From a virus (Duplodnaviria; Caudoviricetes), in IMG/VR virus record IMGVR_UViG_3300027759_000001: DNA of 64,000 bases. One strand, 5' to 3'. This document shows, piece after piece, positions 45,921 to 54,496 of this stretch. A program made the translations under genes and the position numbers. Numbering within the stretch: position 1 is the stretch's first letter; every line of letters starts with the position of its first letter. The notes beneath the pieces were generated by a model that saw nothing but the letters and a program-made list of their open reading frames with translations, was not told the DNA's origin and ran no database searches.

Positions 45921-47564
45921 ATGAGTAAAGTAATCCAACTAACAGAATCTGACATTGAAAATGTTGTAAGAGGCGTTATAAAACAAAAAAACACACAAGA
46001 GTTTAAATCCACCAATACTTTAATGGTGGAAATTGATTCTATGTTGGATTTTCATTATAGATCTAATTCTGCATTTTTAAAACACATTGAAGATTTCTCA
46101 GAAAGATTTAATATATTAGAAACCTTTAAAACTAATATAGTTGAAAATATTTTTTCTAATAATAGTATGATCCTTGAGAGGTTTAATAAGTTCTCAAATA
46201 AAGGAGTTATTATGGAATCAACATTTAATTTCCAAGAAGAATTAAATGGTTATTTTAATTTCATTAAATCATCATTACTATATCAGGGAGGTTTTATAAA
46301 TGAATCTAACTACAATAATAATTCTTTAATAAATGAAGGAGGTTGGATTAATGGTGTTTGGAATGCTGCCGTTAATACCGCAAAAACAGTTGGTAATGCA
46401 GTTGTTAGTGGAGCTAAAACAGTTGGTAATGCAGTTGTTAGTGGAGTGAAAGCGGGATATGCAGCGTTACAAGGGGCGTGGAACAAATTAAAAAGTTTAG
46501 GTGTTAGTACATTCATGGAAAATTATAGAGGTGTCCTAACAAGTAATTGGGGTGCGGCTCTACAAATATTAATTGAAGTCTCAACAGAAGGATTTGGTGC
46601 GTTGGTTCCCTTAATAGCTTGGGCAATATTAGCTAACTATGATATTGCTAATATAATTGGAGGATCCCCTAATTGGTTTAATACATTATTTAGTTTGATT
46701 GGTACCGCAACAACAGGTATTGCATCAAAAGCGATTGGTGCGGCAATGCCGTTCTTCAAAACCGCAGGAAAAGCGTCATCGTCAATTATGCAGGCAATAG
46801 AGTGGTTGGCCAAATCAAAATTCGGACAATTCTTCAAACCAATGGTGAATAAGATTTCTGCAGGACTTGGTCAAGTACCTGGATTTATTGCTAAGGCGAT
46901 GACATGGGTTAAAGGTATTTTTGGTCAAGTTTTTGGTGAGGGTGTTGTTGCTTTTTTTACAAAAGGAGCAAATGCGGTTGGTAAATTTATTGGTGAATTG
47001 GGAACAGGATTAAAAAACTTTTTTACTCCTGTTGTTAAAAATGCAAAAGTATTAAAAGGTGGTGTTGATAAGTTTGGTAAAAAAATTATTAAACCTATAA
47101 TTAAAGCCCCTAAAAAACTTGTAAATACAGTAGTAAAAGGCGCATTACAAAAGGGTGCAAATTTATCGCCTAAACTTGCAACGTATCTTGCCACCGCTTC
47201 GGGTAAAACATTGTCAAAAAAATTAGCTATTCAAACCGTAAATACAATTAAAAAAGAACTTACAAGTAAATTAAAAACATATAGTGAAGACCAAGCAATA
47301 GCTTATGTTGAAAAAACTTATGGTAAACCATATGCTGATTTACTAAAAAATTCAAAAACCGCTTATGAGGTTGGTCATGGGTCACATGAAATTGCAACAA
47401 ATCTAAAAGATTGGAAAAAAGCCGGTCAAAACTTGGCAAATTCAGGGAATTGGTCAGGTGAACATTATAAAAACGTTGTTTCAAACACTAAAAAAGTAGT
47501 TACCGCTGGAAATGAATTAATAAATGGTGAACCAAAAGAACCAATTGTAAAACCAGTTGCTTAA
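45921..47564 (+). CDS. Leader-bearing Gly/Ala-rich amphipathic membrane protein, paralog of 966..2966
   Basis: MSKVIQLTESD leader; LINE site; 11-aa KTVGNAVVSG repeat; hydrophobic helices. Confidence 0.65.
   Translation: MSKVIQLTESDIENVVRGVIKQKNTQEFKSTNTLMVEIDSMLDFHYRSNSAFLKHIEDFSERFNILETFKTNIVENIFSNNSMILERFNKFSNKGVIMESTFNFQEELNGYFNFIKSSLLYQGGFINESNYNNNSLINEGGWINGVWNAAVNTAKTVGNAVVSGAKTVGNAVVSGVKAGYAALQGAWNKLKSLGVSTFMENYRGVLTSNWGAALQILIEVSTEGFGALVPLIAWAILANYDIANIIGGSPNWFNTLFSLIGTATTGIASKAIGAAMPFFKTAGKASSSIMQAIEWLAKSKFGQFFKPMVNKISAGLGQVPGFIAKAMTWVKGIFGQVFGEGVVAFFTKGANAVGKFIGELGTGLKNFFTPVVKNAKVLKGGVDKFGKKIIKPIIKAPKKLVNTVVKGALQKGANLSPKLATYLATASGKTLSKKLAIQTVNTIKKELTSKLKTYSEDQAIAYVEKTYGKPYADLLKNSKTAYEVGHGSHEIATNLKDWKKAGQNLANSGNWSGEHYKNVVSNTKKVVTAGNELINGEPKEPIVKPVA
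46383..46446 (+). repeat. 33-bp period tandem duplication (KTVGNAVVSG x2)
   Basis: AAAACAGTTGGTAATGCAGTTGTTAGTGGAG at 46383 and 46416. Confidence 0.9.
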
Positions 47565-47565
47565 T

Positions 47566-47856
47566 ATGAAAATGGAGATATCAAAAATAGTTAGAAAAGT
47601 ATTATTGGAAATTGATGAACCAAGAGATAATTCATTCTCAGTTGAACCAAATGTTAGGATGATCCCAAGGGAAAAACAAATACAAAATATGTTTGGTAAA
47701 TACGAGGATCAGATTCCCAATGATGTATTGAGGTATATGAGAAAAAATCCTCAGTTGATGATGGATAGACTTGCAAGAATATATGGTGATAACTTTATTG
47801 AGTATGCTGAAAAGGCTTATGTTAAAAATATGAAATTATGGAAAGACGAATATTAA
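47566..47856 (+). CDS. IVRKVLLE-leader hypothetical protein (start revised)
   Basis: MKMEISKIVRKVLLE. Confidence 0.7.
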   Translation: MKMEISKIVRKVLLEIDEPRDNSFSVEPNVRMIPREKQIQNMFGKYEDQIPNDVLRYMRKNPQLMMDRLARIYGDNFIEYAEKAYVKNMKLWKDEY

Positions 47857-48431
47857 ATGAAGAATTAAATATGATGAAATATCTCGTTTCTTATAAAAGA
47901 GGTGTCATTATATCAGAACAGACGGATATGGACTCAGAAGAGTCGGGAATGGGTTCTATGTTCAAAGAAAAGATCAAATCAATGTTTGAAAAAGAAGTTG
48001 TTAATGATTCTTCATTGGGTGAGGTTGCAAGTAATGTACCAAGTGTTGATGATGTTGTTTCTAATGATCAGGTTTGTGACATTGTTACCGGAAATGAAGA
48101 ACACGATAATATCATATCAAAAGTTAGGTCTGAGTTACTTAGAATGAAAAAAGAAAAAGGATCAAACTCATTATGGGAAGTTCTTAAGAATGTTAAGAAA
48201 GGTATCAAAATGGCCATTGTAAAAAATAAATCAGGAGACACATCGGAACCTGAAGAACTTGATGAGCAAATTGTGACAGGTGGAATTATGATTGGTACCG
48301 TTATGGTAGGTTGGTCCTTATTAATTGCAATTGGTGCAATTCTACTTATAATTATCATTGCTATTATTGTAATGAAAAATAGTGGTAACGGAAGTGGATG
48401 TAGAAAAAACCTTAAGTGGGGTGAAGTATAA
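47838..48431 (+). CDS. EEL..KYL leader protein with C-terminal TM helix
   Basis: EELNMMKYLVSYKRGVIISEQ; LDEQ followed by a long hydrophobic helix. Confidence 0.75.
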   Translation: MERRILNEELNMMKYLVSYKRGVIISEQTDMDSEESGMGSMFKEKIKSMFEKEVVNDSSLGEVASNVPSVDDVVSNDQVCDIVTGNEEHDNIISKVRSELLRMKKEKGSNSLWEVLKNVKKGIKMAIVKNKSGDTSEPEELDEQIVTGGIMIGTVMVGWSLLIAIGAILLIIIIAIIVMKNSGNGSGCRKNLKWGEV

Positions 48432-49468
48432 TGAAAATCATATTAAGTGAATCTCAAATATTGAATCTTTTAAATGAAGATATGGGTGTTAGTAGATCAA
48501 CATTACCATATGTAAATTTAATTTATAGAATTATAGAACCAATGGTTGAATCTATGGTTCATAGTGGAAAGTCTTCACGACAAAATATTGTAATAGGTTT
48601 AGATAAGATTAAGAGTATTATAAAAAATGATGAAGATTCATTTTTAGAATTCCCAATGGAAGAGATTGAAATTGTTATTTCATTTTCTTACGAAAAAGGT
48701 GATGTGGAAAATAATTTTGCTAGTGGTGGTGCGGCATATGCGTTAGATGAAAAAACTGGTGATTATTCCTACATGAGAAAGCCATCACCCGAAATCCCAA
48801 AAAAAATTAAAGATGAAGTTGAAATGACATTAAATGCATTAATGGACATTGAGATTTACATTGATTCAAAATTTAAGATGAGTCAGATGGATGAACTACT
48901 TATGGATGTAAGAGACACCATTATGCATGAAACATTACATCTGTATGAATTTTATAAAAGATGGTTAAGTACTGGTTCAGGAAATTTTAATGTATCTAAA
49001 ACTTATGCAGGTAGAAAAAATCCAAATACACCAAGAGAAATATACGATTATTATTCTGAATTTTTAGATTATGTTTATTATTCTGAACCATATGAAATAA
49101 ACGCAATGACCCAAGAAGCATACTCAAAAGTTTTACGAATGAGTTTTGACACATTTAAAACAACTAAGTATTGGATTATGTCAAACAAAATGGAAAATTT
49201 TAATGCCGACCAATATTATCGTGAGTTAGAGAAAAAAATAAAAGAACGTAGTGGTGAAGAAACATTAAATTATCATTTGAATAATTTACACAAATTCTAT
49301 TTAAAGCAATATGTTAAAATTTCGTTAGAGAATAATGAATCTGTGTCTAATAAAATACTTAAGACTAAAAATGTTTACGATCTAATAAAAAGTTTTGAAC
49401 TTAGAATTACTCAATCAGGTAAAAATCTTAAACGTAAGTTTATGAAATTGTATACTATTGAAAGATAA
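48431..49468 (+). CDS. MKIILSE leader + HExxH zincin-like domain
   Basis: IMHETLHLYE...YYSEPYEINA. Confidence 0.6.
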   Translation: MKIILSESQILNLLNEDMGVSRSTLPYVNLIYRIIEPMVESMVHSGKSSRQNIVIGLDKIKSIIKNDEDSFLEFPMEEIEIVISFSYEKGDVENNFASGGAAYALDEKTGDYSYMRKPSPEIPKKIKDEVEMTLNALMDIEIYIDSKFKMSQMDELLMDVRDTIMHETLHLYEFYKRWLSTGSGNFNVSKTYAGRKNPNTPREIYDYYSEFLDYVYYSEPYEINAMTQEAYSKVLRMSFDTFKTTKYWIMSNKMENFNADQYYRELEKKIKERSGEETLNYHLNNLHKFYLKQYVKISLENNESVSNKILKTKNVYDLIKSFELRITQSGKNLKRKFMKLYTIER

Positions 49469-49492
49469 CATATATTTATTAAATAAAAAATT

Positions 49493-49903
49493 ATGAGTAA
49501 AGAAATTATCAAAGAAGAACTTAACCAAATGAAATACCTTTTTGGTTATAAACGAGGAGTTATTATTTCAGAGCAAGAAGTGGATGAAGAAAAAATGGTT
49601 GTTAATCCATATACGTTGGAGGCACGTAATGGTAATGTTATGATAAATGACACCATCACTAAAAAAGTTTACGCATATTCATTGTCCGCATACGGTGTTA
49701 AAGTAACTGTAAACGATTTTCCTGGTGGGGATAGTATTAATTACTCAGTTCCTTTTAAAGGTTCAAGTACCCAAGAAATAAGTAATAACAGTGAATTACC
49801 AAAAATAATAAAGGCGAATGCTGGAAAGTGTGAAATAAAGACTGAAGTTGGTGGTATTGCAATAACTCTTAAATGTGTATTTGGTTGCGCTGGTTGTAAA
49901 TAA
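49493..49903 (+). CDS. EEL..KYL leader hypothetical protein
   Basis: EELNQMKYLFGYKRGVIISEQ. Confidence 0.75.
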   Translation: MSKEIIKEELNQMKYLFGYKRGVIISEQEVDEEKMVVNPYTLEARNGNVMINDTITKKVYAYSLSAYGVKVTVNDFPGGDSINYSVPFKGSSTQEISNNSELPKIIKANAGKCEIKTEVGGIAITLKCVFGCAGCK

Positions 49904-49924
49904 ACAACTTAAAAGTTGTTGGTA

Positions 49925-50350
49925 TTAAGAAATACCAACAACCTCAAGTTCAAAAATTAATTTTTTACCAGCCAATGGGTGATTGGCATCAATTACCACA
50001 ACATCATCTTTAACTTCCATAACTTTTACGAAACTAGGTCCCATAGGTCCTTCCGTTTGTAAAACTTGACCAACTTCAACTCCTTCAGGAACTTTATCCT
50101 TAGTAACTTCAATGATCATATCTTCAACATGGTCACCATAAGCATCAAGAGGTTCAATCTCAATTGTTTTTTTATCACCTTCTAACATATCAATAAGACC
50201 TGACTCAAACCCTTTAATGAGTTGTCCTTGACCTAAATTTGTTGTTAATGGTTCTCTTCCTTCGGCCAAAGATGTGTCAAAAATTGTTCCATCTTCTAAT
50301 TTTCCGGTGTAATGTACCGTAACAGTACTGTCATTTAAAACTTTTTTCAT
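49925..50350 (-). CDS. slyD: SlyD/FkpB-type FKBP peptidyl-prolyl isomerase
   Basis: VTVHYTGKLEDGTIFDTS...LIKGFE...AYG...DANHPLAGKKLIFE. Confidence 0.9.
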   Translation of the reverse strand: MKKVLNDSTVTVHYTGKLEDGTIFDTSLAEGREPLTTNLGQGQLIKGFESGLIDMLEGDKKTIEIEPLDAYGDHVEDMIIEVTKDKVPEGVEVGQVLQTEGPMGPSFVKVMEVKDDVVVIDANHPLAGKKLIFELEVVGIS

Positions 50351-50435
50351 AAATTATTCTTTTTTTAAGTATAGAATATATATTTAATAATGTAAAAGCA
50401 AAATAACGATATATTTATTAATAAAACTATAAATT

Positions 50436-50795
50436 ATGAAAAGTTTAATAACTGAAGAAGAAAAATTAAGAATACGGTCAATGCATATTAATGAAAAATT
50501 TTCATTACTAAAAGAACAAGGTCAATTTGATGATTTATACCCAATTGATCCAACAACCGCATCAACCGTAACAACTCCAATAACCGCACCAGCTGACGCA
50601 CCAAAAACAGGTACACCTGAAGCTAAAGCATTCCAAGATTGGATGGATGTAAATCACGTTAATTGGAATCCAAGTGTTCCTGCACAAAATTGGAAAAAAC
50701 TTAATAAAGGAAAAGCTTATGGTCAGTTTGGACCAAAAAGTTTGGCTGCCTGGACAAAGTTTAAAGATGAATACACTAAAACATTAGTAAAATAA
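50436..50795 (+). CDS. EEEK.RI..MH leader protein with peptidoglycan-binding-like domain
   Basis: MKSLITEEEKLRIRSMHINE; AFQDWMD...GQFGPKSLAAW. Confidence 0.65.
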   Translation: MKSLITEEEKLRIRSMHINEKFSLLKEQGQFDDLYPIDPTTASTVTTPITAPADAPKTGTPEAKAFQDWMDVNHVNWNPSVPAQNWKKLNKGKAYGQFGPKSLAAWTKFKDEYTKTLVK

Positions 50796-50800
50796 AAAAC

Positions 50801-51904
50801 ATGGCAAAAATAATTAAATTAAATGAAAACGATCTTAAAAGAATCGTTATTAAAGTTCTTAATGAAAGACGACTTAATGAAGATGATGTAGTCACTAATG
50901 GTTTATCTCCTGGTGCTATCACACAAGACGTTGCCGATCAATTAAAATACACAGAAAATGAAACAGATCCTGAAGACAGATTTGAATCGATATGTAATGT
51001 ATGTACGTCAGGTAAAGAAGGGTTAGGCCCAATAACTCAAAGTGAAAGTGCTTTAGATGGTATTGCTGAAAGTATATATGATGCAATTGAGGAAGGTAGT
51101 TGGTATACTCTTGGTGCGGGAACTAATGAGAAAAAAGTAGAAAATGGTATACGTAATACTAAAAGTTTTCCTGATTTCTGTTATATGATTTCTAGTTATA
51201 GTGCTAAATATGAGGACTTCTTTGAATCAATGGATGGAGATTTTGCTCAAAACGAGGAATATAGACGATATTTGGTATCACCTGTTGCTGATGTTATTAG
51301 ATATAGTACTAAATTAATTGATAAAAAATCTGATGTTAAAGTAGACCCTAAAAAAGATGATGTTGTTACTCCTGGTGGAGGTGGATCTGAGGATAATTGG
51401 AATATGTATATGTGTGTTATTGAGCATCCAAAGGCAATTGGTGAAAAATATGCCGATGGTAAAAGAACTCGTTTTAGAATTGGAACTGATTATTATATGG
51501 GTAATGGTAAAAAAATACGTAAGGGTATTGAATTAGATTATTCGTGTGAAGACAAAGAGTTTGATAATGTTGATTTTGCGGATAAAGAAAATAACAAATC
51601 TAACAACGGTAATAAAAGACCTATAAATGCAGAAATAAAAGACATACAAAAATTTTTAACTGACGAAGGATATGATATCTCAACTGATGGTGAAATAGGT
51701 AGCGAAACCGCAGGTTCAATTATTGATTATATTGTTGATAATAATTCAGACGAATTTAAGCCAGGATCTGTTTTAGAACTTCAAAAGAAAATTAATAGTT
51801 GTTATTCTATGAAAATTAAAGAAGATGGAAAAGTTGGTCCTGAAACATTAGACGCTATTGCAGACGCATTAGAATCAGCACAAGACGGAGATCTTTGTAA
51901 ATAA
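50801..51904 (+). CDS. Leader + annexin-like repeat + Cys module + two peptidoglycan-binding-like domains
   Basis: MAKIIKLNENDL...; IYDAI...GAGTNEKKV; IQKFL...DGEIG; LQKKI...DGKVGPET. Confidence 0.6.
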   Translation: MAKIIKLNENDLKRIVIKVLNERRLNEDDVVTNGLSPGAITQDVADQLKYTENETDPEDRFESICNVCTSGKEGLGPITQSESALDGIAESIYDAIEEGSWYTLGAGTNEKKVENGIRNTKSFPDFCYMISSYSAKYEDFFESMDGDFAQNEEYRRYLVSPVADVIRYSTKLIDKKSDVKVDPKKDDVVTPGGGGSEDNWNMYMCVIEHPKAIGEKYADGKRTRFRIGTDYYMGNGKKIRKGIELDYSCEDKEFDNVDFADKENNKSNNGNKRPINAEIKDIQKFLTDEGYDISTDGEIGSETAGSIIDYIVDNNSDEFKPGSVLELQKKINSCYSMKIKEDGKVGPETLDAIADALESAQDGDLCK

Positions 51905-51905
51905 A

Positions 51906-52409
51906 ATGAATATAATACTCACAGAGAGTCAATATCGTATTCTTCTTGAAAGTCAAGAAGAAGTTGATAGGATATTAGATAAAATTAGTGATGGTGGGTA
52001 TGAATCTTTAAGTGTGGATGAAAAAAGATACTTAGATGTATTTTCTAAACATAAAGGAAGACCTGATGAATTTGTTGATCCTTCCCAAAGTTATGATGAA
52101 AGAGAAGGGGAAAAATTCATATCTTCTTTTAATCATATTCCAAAAATAGAATTTGTTTTTGATTACGAAGAAAAAACTGAAGATGAAACTGCATTATATG
52201 GTACAATATATTTTAAAGATAAGGAATACATTGGTGGTTTATTTTTAAACAAAATGGGGCACTTAATTGATTTTGATTTCTATGATATAAATGAAGATCC
52301 TAAAAGTATTCATGATGATGTTGGAAGATTTCAAGATGAAATTGAAGGTATTGAACCTGAGGTTAAAATGTTTTTTGAGGATGATGTTATTCCATCTCTA
52401 AAAAATTAA
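51906..52409 (+). CDS. MNIILTE-leader hypothetical protein
   Basis: MNIILTESQYRILLESQEEVDRILDKIS..GY.SLS..EK. Confidence 0.75.
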   Translation: MNIILTESQYRILLESQEEVDRILDKISDGGYESLSVDEKRYLDVFSKHKGRPDEFVDPSQSYDEREGEKFISSFNHIPKIEFVFDYEEKTEDETALYGTIYFKDKEYIGGLFLNKMGHLIDFDFYDINEDPKSIHDDVGRFQDEIEGIEPEVKMFFEDDVIPSLKN

Positions 52410-52468
52410 AACTTTTTTAAAAGTTAACATATTTATATATAACAATAAAGATTTGAAAAAAAATTAAA

Positions 52469-53047
52469 ATGAAAAGAAAAATAAGATTAACCGAAAGCGA
52501 ATTAACTACCTTAATTAAAAGAATGGTAGAACAAGCTCAAGAAGACATGAGTATGGAATATACTGAAGAAGATATGGGTTATGATGATGACCAAGAGGAA
52601 TTGTCTAAACCTGAGGTTGTTGACATTATTTCTGATTTCTTTAAAAGTGAAGTATTACCAGAATTAGCACCTGAAGAAAGATCTGAATTGAAACACATGG
52701 CAAGAAAAGCAACTCCTGAAATGACAGAAGCATATCTTAATGAAGATTTAAAAAGTAGATTTAAAAGTTTTAAAGAAAAGGCTATGATTGGTGGAGGACT
52801 TGGTACGATGGTAACAGGAATGATTACCGCTCTTGGTGAATTCACAGGATGGTCAGAACATGAGTTAACTATGAAAATCCATGAGTTTGTTGAAAGTTTT
52901 GGAGCTGGACAATACTCAGGACCTATAACTGTGGCAATGGTATTTGCGGGACTAGCTTTAGCATTAAAAGGTTATTCAGATAGAGCAAACAGATTAGATA
53001 CTCCATATACAAAAGATAAACCTGGAAGTGGATTCAACTCGTATTGA
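52469..53047 (+). CDS. RLTE-leader protein with two C-terminal hydrophobic helices
   Basis: MKRKIRLTESEL...; YLNE then GGGLGTMVTGMITALG and VAMVFAGLALAL. Confidence 0.75.
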   Translation: MKRKIRLTESELTTLIKRMVEQAQEDMSMEYTEEDMGYDDDQEELSKPEVVDIISDFFKSEVLPELAPEERSELKHMARKATPEMTEAYLNEDLKSRFKSFKEKAMIGGGLGTMVTGMITALGEFTGWSEHELTMKIHEFVESFGAGQYSGPITVAMVFAGLALALKGYSDRANRLDTPYTKDKPGSGFNSY

Positions 53048-53083
53048 TTTATATAGGAAATAGATTAGATCACAAATAGATAA

Positions 53084-53113
53084 AAAAACCCCTTAACTTA
53101 AGGGGTTTTTTTA
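53084..53113. terminator. Bidirectional terminator between convergent genes
   Basis: AAAAAAACCCCTTAACTTAAGGGGTTTTTTT. Confidence 0.8.
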
Positions 53114-53433
53114 TTTTCTTTTAGATATTCTTCTAAAATTTCTACAATTTCATCAATCTCATATTTATCTTCATCACTAACTAATTTAAAATTTTTGTAT
53201 TTGAAAAGAAATAACCAAAAAAATGAGAAGTGAATTAAGAACATAAAGAATAAGGAATCTACGGTGATCCCAAAAACACATAAGAAAGGTATTCCAAATG
53301 TTACTATGTAAAACAAAAAATTAAAAATTTCTGTATTAGCAATAGATAAAAACTTATATTGTCTAATTGCTTTTTTTAATTCTTTACATGAAGAGTTTTT
53401 ATATGACTCAGCCTCTTTTCTAATCTTTGTCAT
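53098..53433 (-). CDS. Two-TM membrane protein
   Basis: Hydrophobic core; TATATTTG at 53466-53473 on - strand. Confidence 0.65.
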   Translation of the reverse strand: MTKIRKEAESYKNSSCKELKKAIRQYKFLSIANTEIFNFLFYIVTFGIPFLCVFGITVDSLFFMFLIHFSFFWLFLFKYKNFKLVSDEDKYEIDEIVEILEEYLKENKKTP

Positions 53434-53531
53434 CGTGGTATATTTTAGATAAATGATTCTTATAACAAATATACAATTTTATTTGACATTAAAAAACTAT
53501 TAATCTATTATTTTTTATATATCTTTGTAGT

Positions 53532-54122
53532 ATGAAAAATTTTAAACCTTTAATTATACCTGAAGACTCCGCTTGGAGTAGAAAAACATTATCGGCAAGA
53601 ATATGGAGAATCTTACATTGGAGAATTAGATCGTTCCTAACAGGTTGTAAAAATGTTATTAGATGGTCACCAACAATCTTTAAAGATAGAGATTGGGATC
53701 ACTGGCATATCTATAACATCTTACAAAAGAAAATTGAGTTCCAAAGACAAGAAATTATCTATGCAAATAGACATATGCAAGTTGATATTGATAATCGTGA
53801 TATGACTATAGTTCTTAATTTGATTGAAAGAGTTAAGGAAGATTATTATGGAACTGAATATCTTGATTACTCTGAATCAAAATTTAGATTTGAACCAATT
53901 GAAGGGGATGATGAGTACTGCACAATGGAACAGGATGTTATTTCTGAAAATTACGATGAATACATAAAAAAATATCCATCAAGTGTTCGTAAAGTTTTGA
54001 AAGAAAAACCTGAACTTGATAAAAAAGATTTATGTTTTTGGGTTGCAAAACATAATGAAGAAAAGGCTCACAATCTTCTACATAAAGTATTGAAAGAAAG
54101 AATGAGAGGGTGGTGGGATTAA
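53532..54122 (+). CDS. Phage hypothetical protein (no leader)
   Basis: 196 aa ORF; ATG 4 nt after TATCTTTG (53520-53527). Confidence 0.7.
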   Translation: MKNFKPLIIPEDSAWSRKTLSARIWRILHWRIRSFLTGCKNVIRWSPTIFKDRDWDHWHIYNILQKKIEFQRQEIIYANRHMQVDIDNRDMTIVLNLIERVKEDYYGTEYLDYSESKFRFEPIEGDDEYCTMEQDVISENYDEYIKKYPSSVRKVLKEKPELDKKDLCFWVAKHNEEKAHNLLHKVLKERMRGWWD

Positions 54123-54397
54123 TCTTTAATGTCTACGGATGGTAAGATCATAAGTGGTTGTTTTCTACCGATAACTTTCCACCCCAATCTTACTATAGTC
54201 TCAAGACCGTCAGGATAAAATGTCATACCGTCCTCAATATTTGAAATATATAAATTGACGTGAACCATATATTTCTTTTGACCTTGAACATAACTTAAAT
54301 GGGTAACTTTAACATAACTACCATCACCAAACATCAGGTCAAGTTGACCACATAATGATGAGTTAATTATATCCTCAAGTAATTCATTTTTCTTCAT
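54119..54397 (-). CDS. Hypothetical protein
   Basis: 92 aa ORF. Confidence 0.55.
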   Translation of the reverse strand: MKKNELLEDIINSSLCGQLDLMFGDGSYVKVTHLSYVQGQKKYMVHVNLYISNIEDGMTFYPDGLETIVRLGWKVIGRKQPLMILPSVDIKD

Positions 54398-54496
54398 GAG
54401 ATAAAAATAATCTAACGATTGTTAAAAGAAATAGATTAGATGTTCATTTAATGTAGTTAAAGACAACCAATAAAATTTAAAAACGTATTTATAAAT

